A DNA stretch of 54,933 bases from an uncultured Ruminococcus sp. GTDB lineage: Bacteria > Bacillota > Clostridia > Oscillospirales > CAG-272. Position numbers and translations under genes: made by a program. Positions 37,599-48,228 of this stretch are shown here, piece by piece; within the stretch, counting starts at the first letter, position 1, and each line of letters begins with the position of its first letter. The stretch lies in assembly GCA_964593825.1 (NCBI GenBank), contig CAZQII010000001.1:15687-70619 (forward strand), read 5' to 3'. The notes below the pieces were generated by a model that did no database searches, was not told where the DNA came from, and saw only the letters and a program-made list of their open reading frames with translations.

Positions 37599-38939
37599 TT
37601 ATTTTGAGATACGCTCGTCGAGTGCCTTTTTCATCTCCTCGTATCCGGGCTTGCCGAGCAGAGCGAACATGTTTTTCTTGTATGCCTCAACGCCGGGCTG
37701 GTCGAACGGATTAACGCCGAGCATATAGCCGGAAACCGCGCATGCAAGCTCGAAGAAATAAACGAGATAGCCGAAGGAATGAGCGCTTCTGTCCTCAAGC
37801 TCGAGCAGAATGTTGGGCACACCGCCGTCGTTGTGAGCGATGAGAGTCGCAAGCATTGCTGTCTTGTTCACGTAATCGAGGCTCTTGCCGGAAATAAAGT
37901 TGAGCCCGTCGACATTTGCGGGGTCGTTCGGGATGATGAATTCCGAGCCGGGATTTTTGACATTTATTACGGTTTCGAAAAGATTTCTCTGCCCGTCCTG
38001 GATATACTGACCGAGCGAATGCAGATCGGTCGAGAAGACGACGGAGTCAGGGAGTATGCCCTTAGAATCCTTGCCCTCGCTCTCGCCATAAAGCTGCTTC
38101 CACCACTCGTTAAGCATGAGCATATAGGGCTCATATCCGACGAGGATCTCGACGCTCTTCCCTTTTCTGTAAAGAATATTTCTGAGGGCGGCGTACTTAA
38201 CGGCGTCGTTCTTGTTAATATCGGATGAGGAATATGCCTCACGTGCGGCAGCGGCACCCTGCATCACGGCATCGATATCTATACCTGCGCATGCGATCGG
38301 AAGAAGGCCGACAGCGGTAAGGACGGAAAATCTTCCGCCGACATCGTCGGGAACGACGAAGGTCTTATATCCTGCGGCATCCGAAAACTGCTTAAGCGTT
38401 CCGCGGCATTTATCCGTTGTGACGAATATGCGCTCTCTTGCGCCGTCCTCGCCGTATTTTTCAGTGAGCATGGCCTTGAAGACTCTGAATGCGACGGCGG
38501 GCTCGGTAGTCGTTCCGGATTTTGAAATTACGTTCACGCAGACATCGCGTCCCTCGCAGATCGAAATGAGCTCGTTCAAAGCGGTGGGAGAGATGTTGTT
38601 GCCGGCGAAATAAATATCCGGGGTATCCTTTTTAAGATTGTTGTAGAGCGGGCTCTTTACAAATTCGATTGCCGCGCGTGCACCGAGATACGAGCCGCCG
38701 ATGCCTATTACGACAAGGACATCGCACGACTTTTTGATCTTTTCTGCCGCGATCTTTATCTCGGAAAATTCCTTTTTATCGTAATTCACGGGGAGATCCA
38801 CCCAGCCGAGGAAATCCGAGCCGGGGCCGTTTTTAGACATGAGGAGATCGAATGCGGCGCTTGCGGCGGGCTGCATATTATCCAATTCGTTGCTGCGGAT
38901 GAAAGATTCCGTAAACTTGCTGTTGAGCTTTACTGACAT
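37599..38939 (-). CDS. pgi: Glucose-6-phosphate isomerase
   Basis: 446 aa, the Firmicute-type short PGI. Contains [31 protein letters not shown] and GESEGKD. Confidence 0.95.
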   Translation of the reverse strand: MSVKLNSKFTESFIRSNELDNMQPAASAAFDLLMSKNGPGSDFLGWVDLPVNYDKKEFSEIKIAAEKIKKSCDVLVVIGIGGSYLGARAAIEFVKSPLYNNLKKDTPDIYFAGNNISPTALNELISICEGRDVCVNVISKSGTTTEPAVAFRVFKAMLTEKYGEDGARERIFVTTDKCRGTLKQFSDAAGYKTFVVPDDVGGRFSVLTAVGLLPIACAGIDIDAVMQGAAAAREAYSSSDINKNDAVKYAALRNILYRKGKSVEILVGYEPYMLMLNEWWKQLYGESEGKDSKGILPDSVVFSTDLHSLGQYIQDGQRNLFETVINVKNPGSEFIIPNDPANVDGLNFISGKSLDYVNKTAMLATLIAHNDGGVPNILLELEDRSAHSFGYLVYFFELACAVSGYMLGVNPFDQPGVEAYKKNMFALLGKPGYEEMKKALDERISK

Positions 38940-38972
38940 TTTTTTGCCTCCGATAATATAATTTTACAATTA

Positions 38973-39001
38973 TTATACTACAACCCGAGGCTTTTTTCAA
39001 T
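38973..39001 (-). promoter_or_regulatory. Sigma-A promoter TTGAAA-N17-TATAAT for pgi
   Basis: Reverse complement reads aTTGAAAaaagcctcgggttgtagTATAATa. Confidence 0.6.
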
Positions 39002-39064
39002 ACCATAATTCAAGAAAATTAAGAATTGAACGATAATTTTTATGTAATTTTGTTTTAACTCGGG

Positions 39065-40249
39065 CTATACGAACGGGAATTTGAAAATATTTAAGAATAC
39101 CGTACAAAATCTTATCCGTTCTACGGAGGATGTGACACATATATTCGAGCTCCCGATTATGCTGTCTCCTATTTTGTAGACCGCGCGTCCGACCGCCGTG
39201 CCTGCGCTTAACGGAGCCGAAACCGACTCCGGCAGCTCGTAGCTCACCGTCACGCGGTTTATATCCGCCTTGCCGACAACGGCATAAAATCCGTCCGCCG
39301 CGATTTCCACCGTATCCGTCGGTGCGCAAAGGGTCTTCAGGCTTCCGACGGGATGCGCCCCCGCCTCAAAGAGCGCGTAATTCGAAAATCCGAAGTCGAG
39401 AAGAGCGCGCGCCGCCTCGTTGCGTGCGCTTCCGCTTTCAGCCCCCATTACAACCGCGATAAGCTCGGTCTTTCCTCTTTTTGCGCTTGCGCTGACGCAG
39501 AATCCCGCTTTATCTGTCGAGCCGGTCTTAAGCCCCGTGCATCCGTCGTAATAGCGCACAAGTCTGTTTGTGTTGGTCAAGGTAAATTCGCCGTTGCGTA
39601 TCGAATCCTGCCAAACCGAGGAATACTTTGTTATTTCCCCGTGCTTCAAGAGCTCGCGCGAGATCATGGCAATATCCTTGGCGGACATTGTGTGCTCCGT
39701 TACGTCGTCATCGAGCCCCGTCGTGTTTTCAAAAACCGTGGCCGTTAAGCCGAGCTCCCTTGCCCGAGCGTTCATCAGATCTACAAAGGCCCCCTCGCTT
39801 CCCGCAAGATGCTCCGCCAGCGCGACAGCCGCGTCGTTTGCACTTGCTATAACGGTGCATTTTATCAGATCCTCAACGCTCATTACCTCGCCCTCCTTAA
39901 GGAAGACCTGACTTCCGCCCATGGAGGCGGCGTTTCGGCTTACGCTGACATTATCGGTAAGGGAGATCCGTCCGTCGCTCAACGCCTCCGCTATCAGGAG
40001 CAGAGTCATGGTTTTGGTGACCGACGCGGGGGCGAGCGCCTCCTCTGAGCTCTTTTCATAAAGTATCATTCCGGTTTTCGCTTCGATCAGAATTGCCGAT
40101 CTTACGTCAAGTTCAAGCTCGCCTGCAGCTGTCGGGGTGTAGATATCCCAATACTCTGCCTCGCTTTTTTGTATATTTTCCACATTTATTTGCAGTGCAC
40201 TTGTGCTCATAAATATCAAAGTCAAAACAGCTGACAGTATTTTTCTCAT
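39065..40249 (-). CDS. D-alanyl-D-alanine carboxypeptidase (PBP5/DacB-type, S11)
   Basis: 394 aa with a signal peptide. Contains SVTKTM (SxxK), SAND (SxN) and KTGST (KTG), plus a PBP5 C-terminal domain. Confidence 0.9.
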   Translation of the reverse strand: MRKILSAVLTLIFMSTSALQINVENIQKSEAEYWDIYTPTAAGELELDVRSAILIEAKTGMILYEKSSEEALAPASVTKTMTLLLIAEALSDGRISLTDNVSVSRNAASMGGSQVFLKEGEVMSVEDLIKCTVIASANDAAVALAEHLAGSEGAFVDLMNARARELGLTATVFENTTGLDDDVTEHTMSAKDIAMISRELLKHGEITKYSSVWQDSIRNGEFTLTNTNRLVRYYDGCTGLKTGSTDKAGFCVSASAKRGKTELIAVVMGAESGSARNEAARALLDFGFSNYALFEAGAHPVGSLKTLCAPTDTVEIAADGFYAVVGKADINRVTVSYELPESVSAPLSAGTAVGRAVYKIGDSIIGSSNICVTSSVERIRFCTVFLNIFKFPFV

Positions 40250-40295
40250 TTTTCGCCTCCGCTTTTTATGAATGCTTATCTGTTAATTAAATATG

Positions 40296-40332
40296 AAAAA
40301 GGCGCTTACATTATTCGTAAAAGCGCCCTTTT
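40296..40332 (-). terminator. Intrinsic terminator after the GNAT gene
   Basis: On the minus strand: AAAGGGCGCTT-N13-AAGCGCCTTT followed by TTCATATTT. Confidence 0.6.
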
Positions 40333-40339
40333 TATCAGC

Positions 40340-40891
40340 TTATTCTTTTGTAACGGAGGAAATATATACGCTCTTCATCCGCCCGTCGTGCATCAGCGCA
40401 TCGCGCCGCAATTCTTCCACGGTCATTCCGCACTTTTTCATGACGGCAAGGCTCCTTGTGTTTTCTTCAAGGCAAATGCATTCGATCCTTTTTAATGACA
40501 TGCGGTCAAAGCCGAAGCGTATGACCTCACGCAGTGCCTCTGCCGCCAGACCCATGCCCCAAAACGGGCGAGCAAGCACGTATCCCGCCTCGGCGGTGTC
40601 GTTCAGAAGATCGATACGCGAAAAGCCGCAGGTGCCTATCATTTTGCCGCGGAATTCTATCCCCCAATCGAAGAACTGTCCGCGCCGGTATCTGCGAAGC
40701 ACCTCTCCGAGATAGTTCTTTGTCACTCTTAAATTTTTATGCGGTGACCACAAAAGATATTTTGAAACCTCCGGATCGGACGAATATTCAAATATATCGT
40801 AAAGATCCGCTTTGTCTATCCTCCTTAGGGTAAGTCGCTCGGTCTTAAGCGTCGGGATACTCTTAAACAATTCAATATCCTTAAAATTCAA
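40340..40891 (-). CDS. GNAT-family N-acetyltransferase (RimJ/RimL-like)
   Basis: 183 aa with a TTG start. Contains LKTERLTLRR, WGMGLAAEALREV and RIECICLEEN, typical of Acetyltransf_3. Confidence 0.85.
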   Translation of the reverse strand: MNFKDIELFKSIPTLKTERLTLRRIDKADLYDIFEYSSDPEVSKYLLWSPHKNLRVTKNYLGEVLRRYRRGQFFDWGIEFRGKMIGTCGFSRIDLLNDTAEAGYVLARPFWGMGLAAEALREVIRFGFDRMSLKRIECICLEENTRSLAVMKKCGMTVEELRRDALMHDGRMKSVYISSVTKE

Positions 40892-41050
40892 GTAGCATCA
40901 TCTCCAATTTAATATCAGTATAGCAGATTTTCTTCAACAATTCAAGTTTTTTCGCTTTTTTTGTAAATATTTATATCTAAATCTTGAAATAAGCGTGATT
41001 TTATGTTAATATAAATATATTAATTATATTAAAGGGGTTCCGTAACAGCT

Positions 41051-42106
41051 TTGAACAAGAAGGAAAAGAAAAGCAGATTTAAGCTTTTTGATATAACACG
41101 CGACGGTAAAGGACTCGCAAAAAACAACGGCTTGAGCCGCTCGGGCTTTAAGCGCTTTTTTATCACATACAAGGATAATATCGGAAAAATAATTTCGGTA
41201 AACATTTTCATGGTTCTCGGCAACTTCCCGATATTTTTCCTCATTGCGGCACTTGCCGGATATACGAAGGCGGAGGGCTTTATTCCCTTCTCCGATATTT
41301 TTCACGGCCTTGGCGGCACACTTGTTGCAGAGGGGGTGACACCCGCCACGATGACTATGCTTGCGGTCAGCGGACTGCAGGAGCGGATACTGATACCGAC
41401 GACGTGGACATATGTATTTTACGTCTTGGGGGCTCTTTCCGTTTTCACGTTCGGTATTGTAAACGCGGGGACCGCATACGTCCTGCGCAATATAGCCAAG
41501 GGCGATCCCGTATTCGTTTGGAGCGACTTTTGGTATGCCGTTAAGCGCAATTTGAAGCAGGCGCTGATATTCGGAATAATCGACGCCCTGATAAATACTA
41601 TTCTCGTTTTCAATATTTATAACCTCATGAGCGACGGAACCAAGTTCCTCGCATCCATGATGTTCTGGGCAAATGTGATCATATTCGTTCTGTACTTTAT
41701 AATGAGATATTATATCTACGTGCAGATGGTCACATTCAAGCTTTCGATATTTAAGATTATCAAGAACTCCTTGATCTTCGCACTCGTCGGAATGAAGAGA
41801 AATATTTTTCCGCTTCTCGGCGTTGCGCTGTTTTTGTTGCTTGAATTCCTTTTCGTATTCTCTTTCGGCGGCGTTCTTATTTCCTTCGCGATCGCTCTGC
41901 CGATGCTGATCGTTTTCGCGACTGCCGCTTACATGAAGGTCTACGCGGCATATTTCAAGATAGAGGAGCTTATAATCGAGCCTTACTATCAGGAGCACCC
42001 CGAGGAGCGCCCGACTGAAGAAGAGGATGAAGCGCCCCTCATGCGCGACGATGTCACCGAGCGCGAGCGACTGGAAGAAATCAAAAGACGCAACGGAATA
42101 GAGTGA
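41051..42106 (+). CDS. Membrane protein, DUF624/YesL-like, with an acidic C-terminal tail
   Basis: 351 aa with about 6 TM helices. The TTG start is uncertain because the SD is distant. A promoter-like TTGAAA-N17-TAATAT lies upstream. Confidence 0.55.
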   Translation: MNKKEKKSRFKLFDITRDGKGLAKNNGLSRSGFKRFFITYKDNIGKIISVNIFMVLGNFPIFFLIAALAGYTKAEGFIPFSDIFHGLGGTLVAEGVTPATMTMLAVSGLQERILIPTTWTYVFYVLGALSVFTFGIVNAGTAYVLRNIAKGDPVFVWSDFWYAVKRNLKQALIFGIIDALINTILVFNIYNLMSDGTKFLASMMFWANVIIFVLYFIMRYYIYVQMVTFKLSIFKIIKNSLIFALVGMKRNIFPLLGVALFLLLEFLFVFSFGGVLISFAIALPMLIVFATAAYMKVYAAYFKIEELIIEPYYQEHPEERPTEEEDEAPLMRDDVTERERLEEIKRRNGIE

Positions 42107-42108
42107 CC

Positions 42109-42591
42109 ATGGCACAGAGAATAGAAGAAAAGACAAATGTAATGCGCATTCTCGACCGAGAAAGGATCCCGTACGTCGCTCATATTTACAGCGACACGGC
42201 CGAGACAAACGGCGTCATGATCGCGGAGCGGCTCGGCGAGGATCCGAACAGATGCTTCAAGACTCTTGTCACGGTCGGAAGGAGCGGTAACAAATACGTT
42301 TTCGTTATCCCCGTAAATCACGAGCTGGATCTGAAGAAGGCGGCCGCGTCCGTCGGCGAAAAGTCCGTCGAAATGCTCAAGGCCAAGGAGCTTCTGCCTC
42401 TGACGGGCTACGTGCACGGCGGCTGCTCCCCCATCGGAATGAAGAAATTCTTTAAGACTGTCGTGGATATCAGCGCGGAGAGCTTTGAGACCATCTATTT
42501 CAGCGCGGGTAAAATAGGGTTCCAGGTCGAGCTTTCCTTAAGCAATCTCGGAAAAGTCATCCCCATCGGCGTATCGGATATCATTTCATAA
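42109..42591 (+). CDS. ybaK: Cys-tRNA(Pro)/Cys-tRNA(Cys) deacylase YbaK
   Basis: About 160 aa. Contains TNVMRILD, CFKTLV and GYVHGGCSPIGMKK. The ORF track offers a GTG start at 42103; the ATG at 42109 is also possible. Confidence 0.85.
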   Translation: MAQRIEEKTNVMRILDRERIPYVAHIYSDTAETNGVMIAERLGEDPNRCFKTLVTVGRSGNKYVFVIPVNHELDLKKAAASVGEKSVEMLKAKELLPLTGYVHGGCSPIGMKKFFKTVVDISAESFETIYFSAGKIGFQVELSLSNLGKVIPIGVSDIIS

Positions 42592-42660
42592 ATAATAAAA
42601 AGCGCTTGACCGAAGCTCTCGCATGGCAGACGGAGTGAACGGTCGGGCGCTTTATTTTCT

Positions 42661-43452
42661 TTATTCCGCGGTAAGCTCATCAAGCGTTCCGAGCCTGTAT
42701 CCTTCGGCGCGCCAGCTGTCTATCAGCTCGCCGAGTATCGCGGCATTGGTCGCGGAGGTCGGATGCAAAAGAATTACCGCACCGTTATGCGTGTTGGAAA
42801 GTATTTTCTTAACGGCGGCATCCTTATCCGGCTGTCTGTTGTTATTCCAATCGTCGTAGGCAAAGCTCCAAAAGACGGTTTTGTATCCCAGCGCTCTGAC
42901 ATGCTTTAAAGCGGAGATGCTGAATTTCCCCTCTGGAAATCTAAAGTATTTATCCATTGTTATTCCGGTCTTTTCACAGCATATATCCTCAAGCGCCGTC
43001 AGATCGCGCGCGATCTCCTCCTCGGATGCCGCGGACAGATTGCGGTGGTTTTTGGTATGATTGCATATGAGATGCCCCTCCGCGCGCATGCGCTTGATCA
43101 ACTCTGGATTCTTAAGGATCAGATTGTCCAAAACAAAGAATGCCGCCGGAGCATCCTTTTCCTTCAGTACGTTTAAAACCTTCTCGACATTGCCGTTTTC
43201 GTATCCGGCATCGAATGTCAGATAAATGACCCTTTCCGTGTCGCTGTCGCTCCGCTTTTTATCCATATAATAAGCGCCGTAGCGCTCGACTGCGGATAGC
43301 TCGGGGGAAAACACAGGCCGAAGATTGCCGTTCCTTTTTACATACCATGAAATGCATTCACCGCTTGCAGAGGCGGAAACGGGCAGCAGCGACATTACGG
43401 CGAGCAAAAGCGATATAAAACGCAAAAGCGCTTTTTTCATTTTAAGATCCAC
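42661..43452 (-). CDS. pdaA: Polysaccharide deacetylase, PdaA-like (delta-lactam biosynthetic de-N-acetylase candidate)
   Basis: 263 aa with a signal peptide. NodB-domain motifs LTFDAGYENG, ICNHTKNH, FRFPEG and ILLHP. Confidence 0.75.
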   Translation of the reverse strand: MDLKMKKALLRFISLLLAVMSLLPVSASASGECISWYVKRNGNLRPVFSPELSAVERYGAYYMDKKRSDSDTERVIYLTFDAGYENGNVEKVLNVLKEKDAPAAFFVLDNLILKNPELIKRMRAEGHLICNHTKNHRNLSAASEEEIARDLTALEDICCEKTGITMDKYFRFPEGKFSISALKHVRALGYKTVFWSFAYDDWNNNRQPDKDAAVKKILSNTHNGAVILLHPTSATNAAILGELIDSWRAEGYRLGTLDELTAE

Positions 43453-43517
43453 ATCCTTTCATAAATATAATTTGCGATATGAAGGAATGCAAACCGTGAA
43501 ATACTTTCCGTTAAAGT

Positions 43518-43562
43518 CAAAAAATATAAAAAGCGGCAAGCACCTTACAATGCTTGCTGCTT
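43518..43562 (-). terminator. Intrinsic terminator of rpsU
   Basis: On the minus strand: GCAGCAAGCA-ttgtaagg-TGCTTGCCGC (9 of 10 bp) followed by TTTTTATATTTTTT. Confidence 0.65.
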
Positions 43563-43572
43563 TTATCAAAAA

Positions 43573-43749
43573 TTACTTATACTTGCGCTTTCTTGCGGCT
43601 TCCGACTTCTTCTTGCGCTTTACGCTCGGCTTCTCATAGTGCTCTCTCTTACGGAGCTCTGCAAGGACGCCCGACTTTGCACACTGTCTTTTAAAACGAC
43701 GAAGTGCGCTGTCAAGAGTTTCGTTATCTTTAACTCTGATTTCTGCCAT
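43573..43749 (-). CDS. rpsU: 30S ribosomal protein S21 (58 aa; below the ORF-track cutoff)
   Basis: Manual translation gives [68 protein letters not shown]. Confidence 0.95.
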   Translation of the reverse strand: MAEIRVKDNETLDSALRRFKRQCAKSGVLAELRKREHYEKPSVKRKKKSEAARKRKYK

Positions 43750-43810
43750 TTATTTTTCCCTCCCCTCGCTGTGCAAAGAGACATAATCTCAAAATTTTTA
43801 TTACTATACA

Positions 43811-43839
43811 ATTATATCTTAAAATAATCGATTTGTCAA
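43811..43839 (-). promoter_or_regulatory. Sigma-A promoter, exact TTGACA-N17-TATAAT, for rpsU
   Basis: Reverse complement reads cTTGACAaatcgattattttaagaTATAATt. Confidence 0.65.
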
Positions 43840-43857
43840 GAGCTTTTTTACGATTTG

Positions 43858-44721
43858 TTAAGATTTTTTATCAAATGTCTGCTTTTTCGCGGCGGTGAGC
43901 GTGTTTGCCAGCAGCATTGTTATCGTCATCGGTCCGACTCCGCCGGGCACGGGTGTTATAAACGAGGCCTTTTCCCTGACCGACTCGAAGTCGACGTCGC
44001 CGGTGAGCTTTCCGTCGGGCTTGCGGTTTATGCCGACATCAATGACAACGGCCCCGTCCTTGACCATATCGGCTGTAACGTAGTCGGGCTTTCCGATCGC
44101 AACGACGAGGATATCCGCCTCGCGCGTGATCTTTGCCGGGTTCTTTGTTCTCGAATGACATACGGTAACCGTGCCGTTCTTCTGAAGAAGTAAAAGCGCC
44201 ATCGGCTTTCCGACGATGTTGCTTCTGCCGAGAACGACGCAATTCTTGCCCTCGATTTCGATATTATAGAACGACAGGAGCTCCATTACACCCGCGGGCG
44301 TACAGGGCAAAAAGTCATATTTTCCGATAAGTATTTTACCGACATTCTGCGGATGGAAGGCATCGACATCCTTTTTCGGAGAAATTGCATTGATAACTCT
44401 ATCCTCATCGATGTGCTTCGGAAGAGGAAGCTGGACCAGTATTCCGTGTACCTTCTCATCTCCGTTAAGCTCGTTTATCTTTTCGAGCAGCTCATCCTCG
44501 GATATGTCGGCGGGATATTCGATCTGATAGGAATTCATGCCCGCCTCAATGCAGCCCTTATGCTTATTTCTGACATACACCGCGGATGCGGGATCGTTGC
44601 CGACAAGGATGACGGCGAGGCCGGGCGTGACTCCCGTTTTGTCTTTAAAATCGGCCACCTCGGTCGCAACTTTTTTTCGTGTTTCGGCGGAGACAAGCTT
44701 TCCGTCTATTATTTCTGCCAT
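43858..44721 (-). CDS. folD: Bifunctional methylenetetrahydrofolate dehydrogenase/cyclohydrolase
   Basis: 287 aa. Contains [40 protein letters not shown] and [12 protein letters not shown]. Confidence 0.95.
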   Translation of the reverse strand: MAEIIDGKLVSAETRKKVATEVADFKDKTGVTPGLAVILVGNDPASAVYVRNKHKGCIEAGMNSYQIEYPADISEDELLEKINELNGDEKVHGILVQLPLPKHIDEDRVINAISPKKDVDAFHPQNVGKILIGKYDFLPCTPAGVMELLSFYNIEIEGKNCVVLGRSNIVGKPMALLLLQKNGTVTVCHSRTKNPAKITREADILVVAIGKPDYVTADMVKDGAVVIDVGINRKPDGKLTGDVDFESVREKASFITPVPGGVGPMTITMLLANTLTAAKKQTFDKKS

Positions 44722-45578
44722 TATTTTTTCCTCTTTTTTGCGCTTTTTGATTCGTATTTGAAAAAGTCATCGTACGGAGGCTTCTTTACCGCGAAATAAA
44801 TAAGGAATACCGTGCACGCCAAGAAAATGCATCCGCCGAGGACCTGAGATATTCTGAATATTCCGACATACAGGCTGTCCTGCCTCAAGGATTCGATCAG
44901 CATACGTCCAAAGCCGTACCATCCGAAGACCAAGAGAAATATCTGTCCGTCGTATTTCTTATGCTTATAAAAGATATTTATGAGCACGAAGCCGAGAATG
45001 TTCCAAAGCGATTCGTAAAGAAATGTCGGATGCACGTAAACGGTTTCGTACGCCGTGAGAAAATTGTTAAGCCCCATGCGGCAGAAGATATCGGTCTCTG
45101 CGCCGAAGGCCTCACCGTTCATGAAGTTGCCCCATCTGCCTATGGCCTGCGCAAGTATCAGTCCTGGGCAAACGCAATCGGCAAATGCCATGAAGCGTAT
45201 CTTTTTTATTTTGCAATATATCAGAACGGTTATCGATCCGGCGATGATGCCGCCGTAGATCGCAAGTCCGCCGCTCCGGATATCTATAACATCGGCAAAC
45301 GACGCATATCCGTCCATATTGGTTAATACGTAATACAGACGTGCACCTATGATCCCAATCGGTATAACGAATAAGACTGCGTCCAAAACATCCTCGAATG
45401 TCAGGCCTATCCTCGAGGCTCTGAACGTCAGATAAGCGATCGCGGCGATCATGCCGACAACTATTATCAGGGCGTACCAAGCAATGTCATAGCTCTTACC
45501 TATTGTGAAAGCAACGCTGTCAAGCTCCATGTCACCTATTCCGAGTCCCGGAAACGATACTGATGAAATTCTTAACAT
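44721..45578 (-). CDS. lgt: Prolipoprotein diacylglyceryl transferase
   Basis: Start chosen at [13 protein letters not shown], with GGAG 8 nt upstream; the ORF track extends to 45626. Contains the [15 protein letters not shown] signature. TAATG overlap with folD. Confidence 0.9.
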   Translation of the reverse strand: MLRISSVSFPGLGIGDMELDSVAFTIGKSYDIAWYALIIVVGMIAAIAYLTFRASRIGLTFEDVLDAVLFVIPIGIIGARLYYVLTNMDGYASFADVIDIRSGGLAIYGGIIAGSITVLIYCKIKKIRFMAFADCVCPGLILAQAIGRWGNFMNGEAFGAETDIFCRMGLNNFLTAYETVYVHPTFLYESLWNILGFVLINIFYKHKKYDGQIFLLVFGWYGFGRMLIESLRQDSLYVGIFRISQVLGGCIFLACTVFLIYFAVKKPPYDDFFKYESKSAKKRKK

Positions 45579-45716
45579 TTTAAATCTCCATTCTGCCATG
45601 CCTGGCGCAGGTGCATAAAGCGCCACCCCGCCTCGGCATGATAAATCTCACCCCTATTTGAATAAACCTTCGAAATACGCATTTTCATAACGGTAACGCA
45701 CCTCGAAGGAATTTGT

Positions 45717-46133
45717 TCAGATGGTGTAATTTTTATTTATTACATCGAGAATTGTAATAGCGGAAAGCTTTTTGGCCAGATCAAGGCTTATTGTATCGAA
45801 AATGTGGTGATATATGCAAGAGGTCTTGTCCTTATTTAACGCGCATGCCTCTGAGCTCTCAAGACAGCGAACCATCATGATAGGACCGTCGATGAGCTCT
45901 ATGACCTGGCGCAGAGTTATATTGTCTGCCCCTGTCGCAAGCTTATATCCGCCGTTCACGCCCTTGTACGAGCGAACCAGACCCGCCGTTACAAGCTTGT
46001 GAAGTATTTTTAAAGTAAAGCGCTGAGTTACAGATGTTTCATCGGCGAGTGTCTTCGCATCTACCACCTTGTCATGCGTCGCGAGCGACGTGATGATTCT
46101 GAGTGCGTAATCCGACTCAAGAGTAATTCTCAT
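45717..46133 (-). CDS. Rrf2-family transcriptional regulator
   Basis: 138 aa. Contains SDYALRIITSLA and LVRSYKGVNGGYKLA (wHTH), with a Cys-containing C-terminal half (CLESSEACALNKDKTSC). Confidence 0.88.
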   Translation of the reverse strand: MRITLESDYALRIITSLATHDKVVDAKTLADETSVTQRFTLKILHKLVTAGLVRSYKGVNGGYKLATGADNITLRQVIELIDGPIMMVRCLESSEACALNKDKTSCIYHHIFDTISLDLAKKLSAITILDVINKNYTI

Positions 46134-46158
46134 TTGCTTTTGCTCCTTTTATATTTTT

Positions 46159-46192
46159 AAGGTCGCTCCCCTAAAAAGGAGGAAGCGACCTT
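46159..46192 (-). other. Stem-loop between prs and the Rrf2 gene, with no downstream U-run on the sense strand
   Basis: AAGGTCGCT-N16-AGCGACCTT. Could be a processing, stability or partial-termination element. Confidence 0.4.
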
Positions 46193-46200
46193 TTATGAAA

Positions 46201-47316
46201 TTATTTGCTCGCCTTGAACTTGTCGAGGATCGCGTGGATCTTCTTCGACTGGTCGAGGAGATGGCTGATCGTTCTGTCATGGTTGAGGGTGTCGATTATG
46301 TAAGCGACGTACTTGCACATGTTGACCTCTTTATACCACTCGCGCTCGAGCAGCTCGGGAGTTCTGTACACAAGGTTGGTGGTGAATATTCTGTCGATTA
46401 TTCCCTCGCTGTATGCTTTATCGATATTCTCAAGACCGTTGCAGAAGAGTCCGAATGTTGCGAAGACGAATATTCTCTTCGCGCCCTTTTCCTTAAGCTG
46501 CTTTGCAACATCGATAACGGAATCGCCCGAGGAGATCATGTCGTCGACGATGATAACATCCTTGTCCTTTACATCGCGGCCGAGATATTCGTGAGCGACG
46601 ATGGGATTCTTGCCGTTTACGATAACGGAGTAATCGCGGCGCTTGTAGAACATACCGAGGTCGATGCCCATAACGGAGGAGTAGAACATGCACTTGCCCA
46701 TTCCGCCCTCATCGGGAGAAATGATCATCGTCTTGTCCGGATCGATCTCTATATCGGGATAGGTCTTGAGCATGGCCTTGATCATCTGATATGCGCTTCT
46801 GACATCCTCAAATCCGTGGAGCGGGATGGAATTCTGTACTCTCGGATCGTGTGCGTCGAAGGTTATAAGGTTCGTGACGCCCATATTAACGAGCTCCTGA
46901 AGTGCAAGAGCGCAATCGAGCGATTCTCTGCCCGATCTTTTGTGCTGTCTTCCCTCATAAAGCATGGGCATGATGACGCTGATTCTGCGTGCCTTGCCTC
47001 CTATTGCGCCGATAATCCTCTTAAGATCCTGAAAATGGTCATCGGGGCTCATTGGGACGGTCTGACCGTACATCTTGTACTTGACACCGTGATTGAACAC
47101 ATCGCATATAATGTAAACATCGTTACCTCTCAGGGACTGATGGATGGTTCCCTTCGCCTCACCGCTGCCGAATCTCGGGCAGTTGCTGTCGACAACATAT
47201 GTCGGTTCACTGTCGTAATGACGCCATTCCTTAAGATATGCATCGACCTGTGCCGTAAATTCCTCACAGCCGCGCATTCCTATAACACTGAGCTCGCCGT
47301 ACAAACTTTCTTTCAT
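46201..47316 (-). CDS. prs: Ribose-phosphate pyrophosphokinase (long, 371 aa form)
   Basis: Two PRT-type domains. PRPP-binding loop VIIVDDMISSGDS. Contains YEGRQHKR and FDAHDPRV. Confidence 0.85.
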   Translation of the reverse strand: MKESLYGELSVIGMRGCEEFTAQVDAYLKEWRHYDSEPTYVVDSNCPRFGSGEAKGTIHQSLRGNDVYIICDVFNHGVKYKMYGQTVPMSPDDHFQDLKRIIGAIGGKARRISVIMPMLYEGRQHKRSGRESLDCALALQELVNMGVTNLITFDAHDPRVQNSIPLHGFEDVRSAYQMIKAMLKTYPDIEIDPDKTMIISPDEGGMGKCMFYSSVMGIDLGMFYKRRDYSVIVNGKNPIVAHEYLGRDVKDKDVIIVDDMISSGDSVIDVAKQLKEKGAKRIFVFATFGLFCNGLENIDKAYSEGIIDRIFTTNLVYRTPELLEREWYKEVNMCKYVAYIIDTLNHDRTISHLLDQSKKIHAILDKFKASK

Positions 47317-47351
47317 TTTACACTCTCCGTTATCTTTTATTGCAATTTAAA

Positions 47352-48089
47352 TTAAGCCTTTTTGTATGGTGCGTGGTCATCAAGTTGATGTATGCAATCG
47401 TTCAGTTCGAATCCGGATTCAGCGGAAACGGGCTTGCACCAGCGTATCGCGTTTTTGATTATTCTTTGCACATATTCGTTTTGGAATGACAGGCAGGTCT
47501 CATGGCCGACATGGAAATAAAATATCTTTCCGAAACCGCGTGTGAAGGTTGCTCCTCCGCGGAATATATTACCGTCCTCGTACCATGTTCCGAAAATGAG
47601 ATCGTCGGGCTTAGGGATGAAGAACGGCTCCGCGTAAAGCTCCTCCTCGACGGTGAAGTGCGAAGGGATGCCCGCGGCGATGGGATGCGTCGGGCAAAGA
47701 TTCCAAATGATCGCCTTTTGATTTCTGCCCCAAGTTAAGTTGCCGGTTGTTCCGATAATAGACATAAACGGCTTGGATTTGTGTGCGGAGTGCAGCGGCA
47801 TGAAGCCCATACCGGAAAGGACTCTCGCTCTGATCTTCGACACAAGCTCGTCGGGAACATCACCGTGGCAAACATGCCCCCACCAAAGAAGGACATCGGT
47901 ATTATTCAATATTTCATCTGTGAGCTCCTGCCCCGGCTCGGAAAGCGAGCACAGCGTCACATTAAAATCGGGTTCGCCGTCGAGGAAGGACTTGATATAT
48001 GCATGTAAGCCGTTAGGATACAGAGCCTTAACGGATTCCTCGGTCTTCTCATGCCGGAATTCATTCCAAATAGTTACGTTAATTGCCAT
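47352..48089 (-). CDS. ThuA-domain protein (trehalose-utilisation-like, class I glutamine amidotransferase-like fold)
   Basis: 245 aa. N-terminus INVTIWNEFRHEK ... VLLWWGH is typical of ThuA-like proteins (recollection). SD AAGGAG. Confidence 0.65.
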   Translation of the reverse strand: MAINVTIWNEFRHEKTEESVKALYPNGLHAYIKSFLDGEPDFNVTLCSLSEPGQELTDEILNNTDVLLWWGHVCHGDVPDELVSKIRARVLSGMGFMPLHSAHKSKPFMSIIGTTGNLTWGRNQKAIIWNLCPTHPIAAGIPSHFTVEEELYAEPFFIPKPDDLIFGTWYEDGNIFRGGATFTRGFGKIFYFHVGHETCLSFQNEYVQRIIKNAIRWCKPVSAESGFELNDCIHQLDDHAPYKKA

Positions 48090-48228
48090 CGGTATGCTCC
48101 TTGTTTATCATGATACTAATATTATATAACAAAATGCAGTTAAAGTCAAGACATATTATTCCAAAAGTCGCGTTATTTTTCTCATATAACAAACGGCGTC
48201 GCGGCCGAAATTGACAGGAGGGTTAACA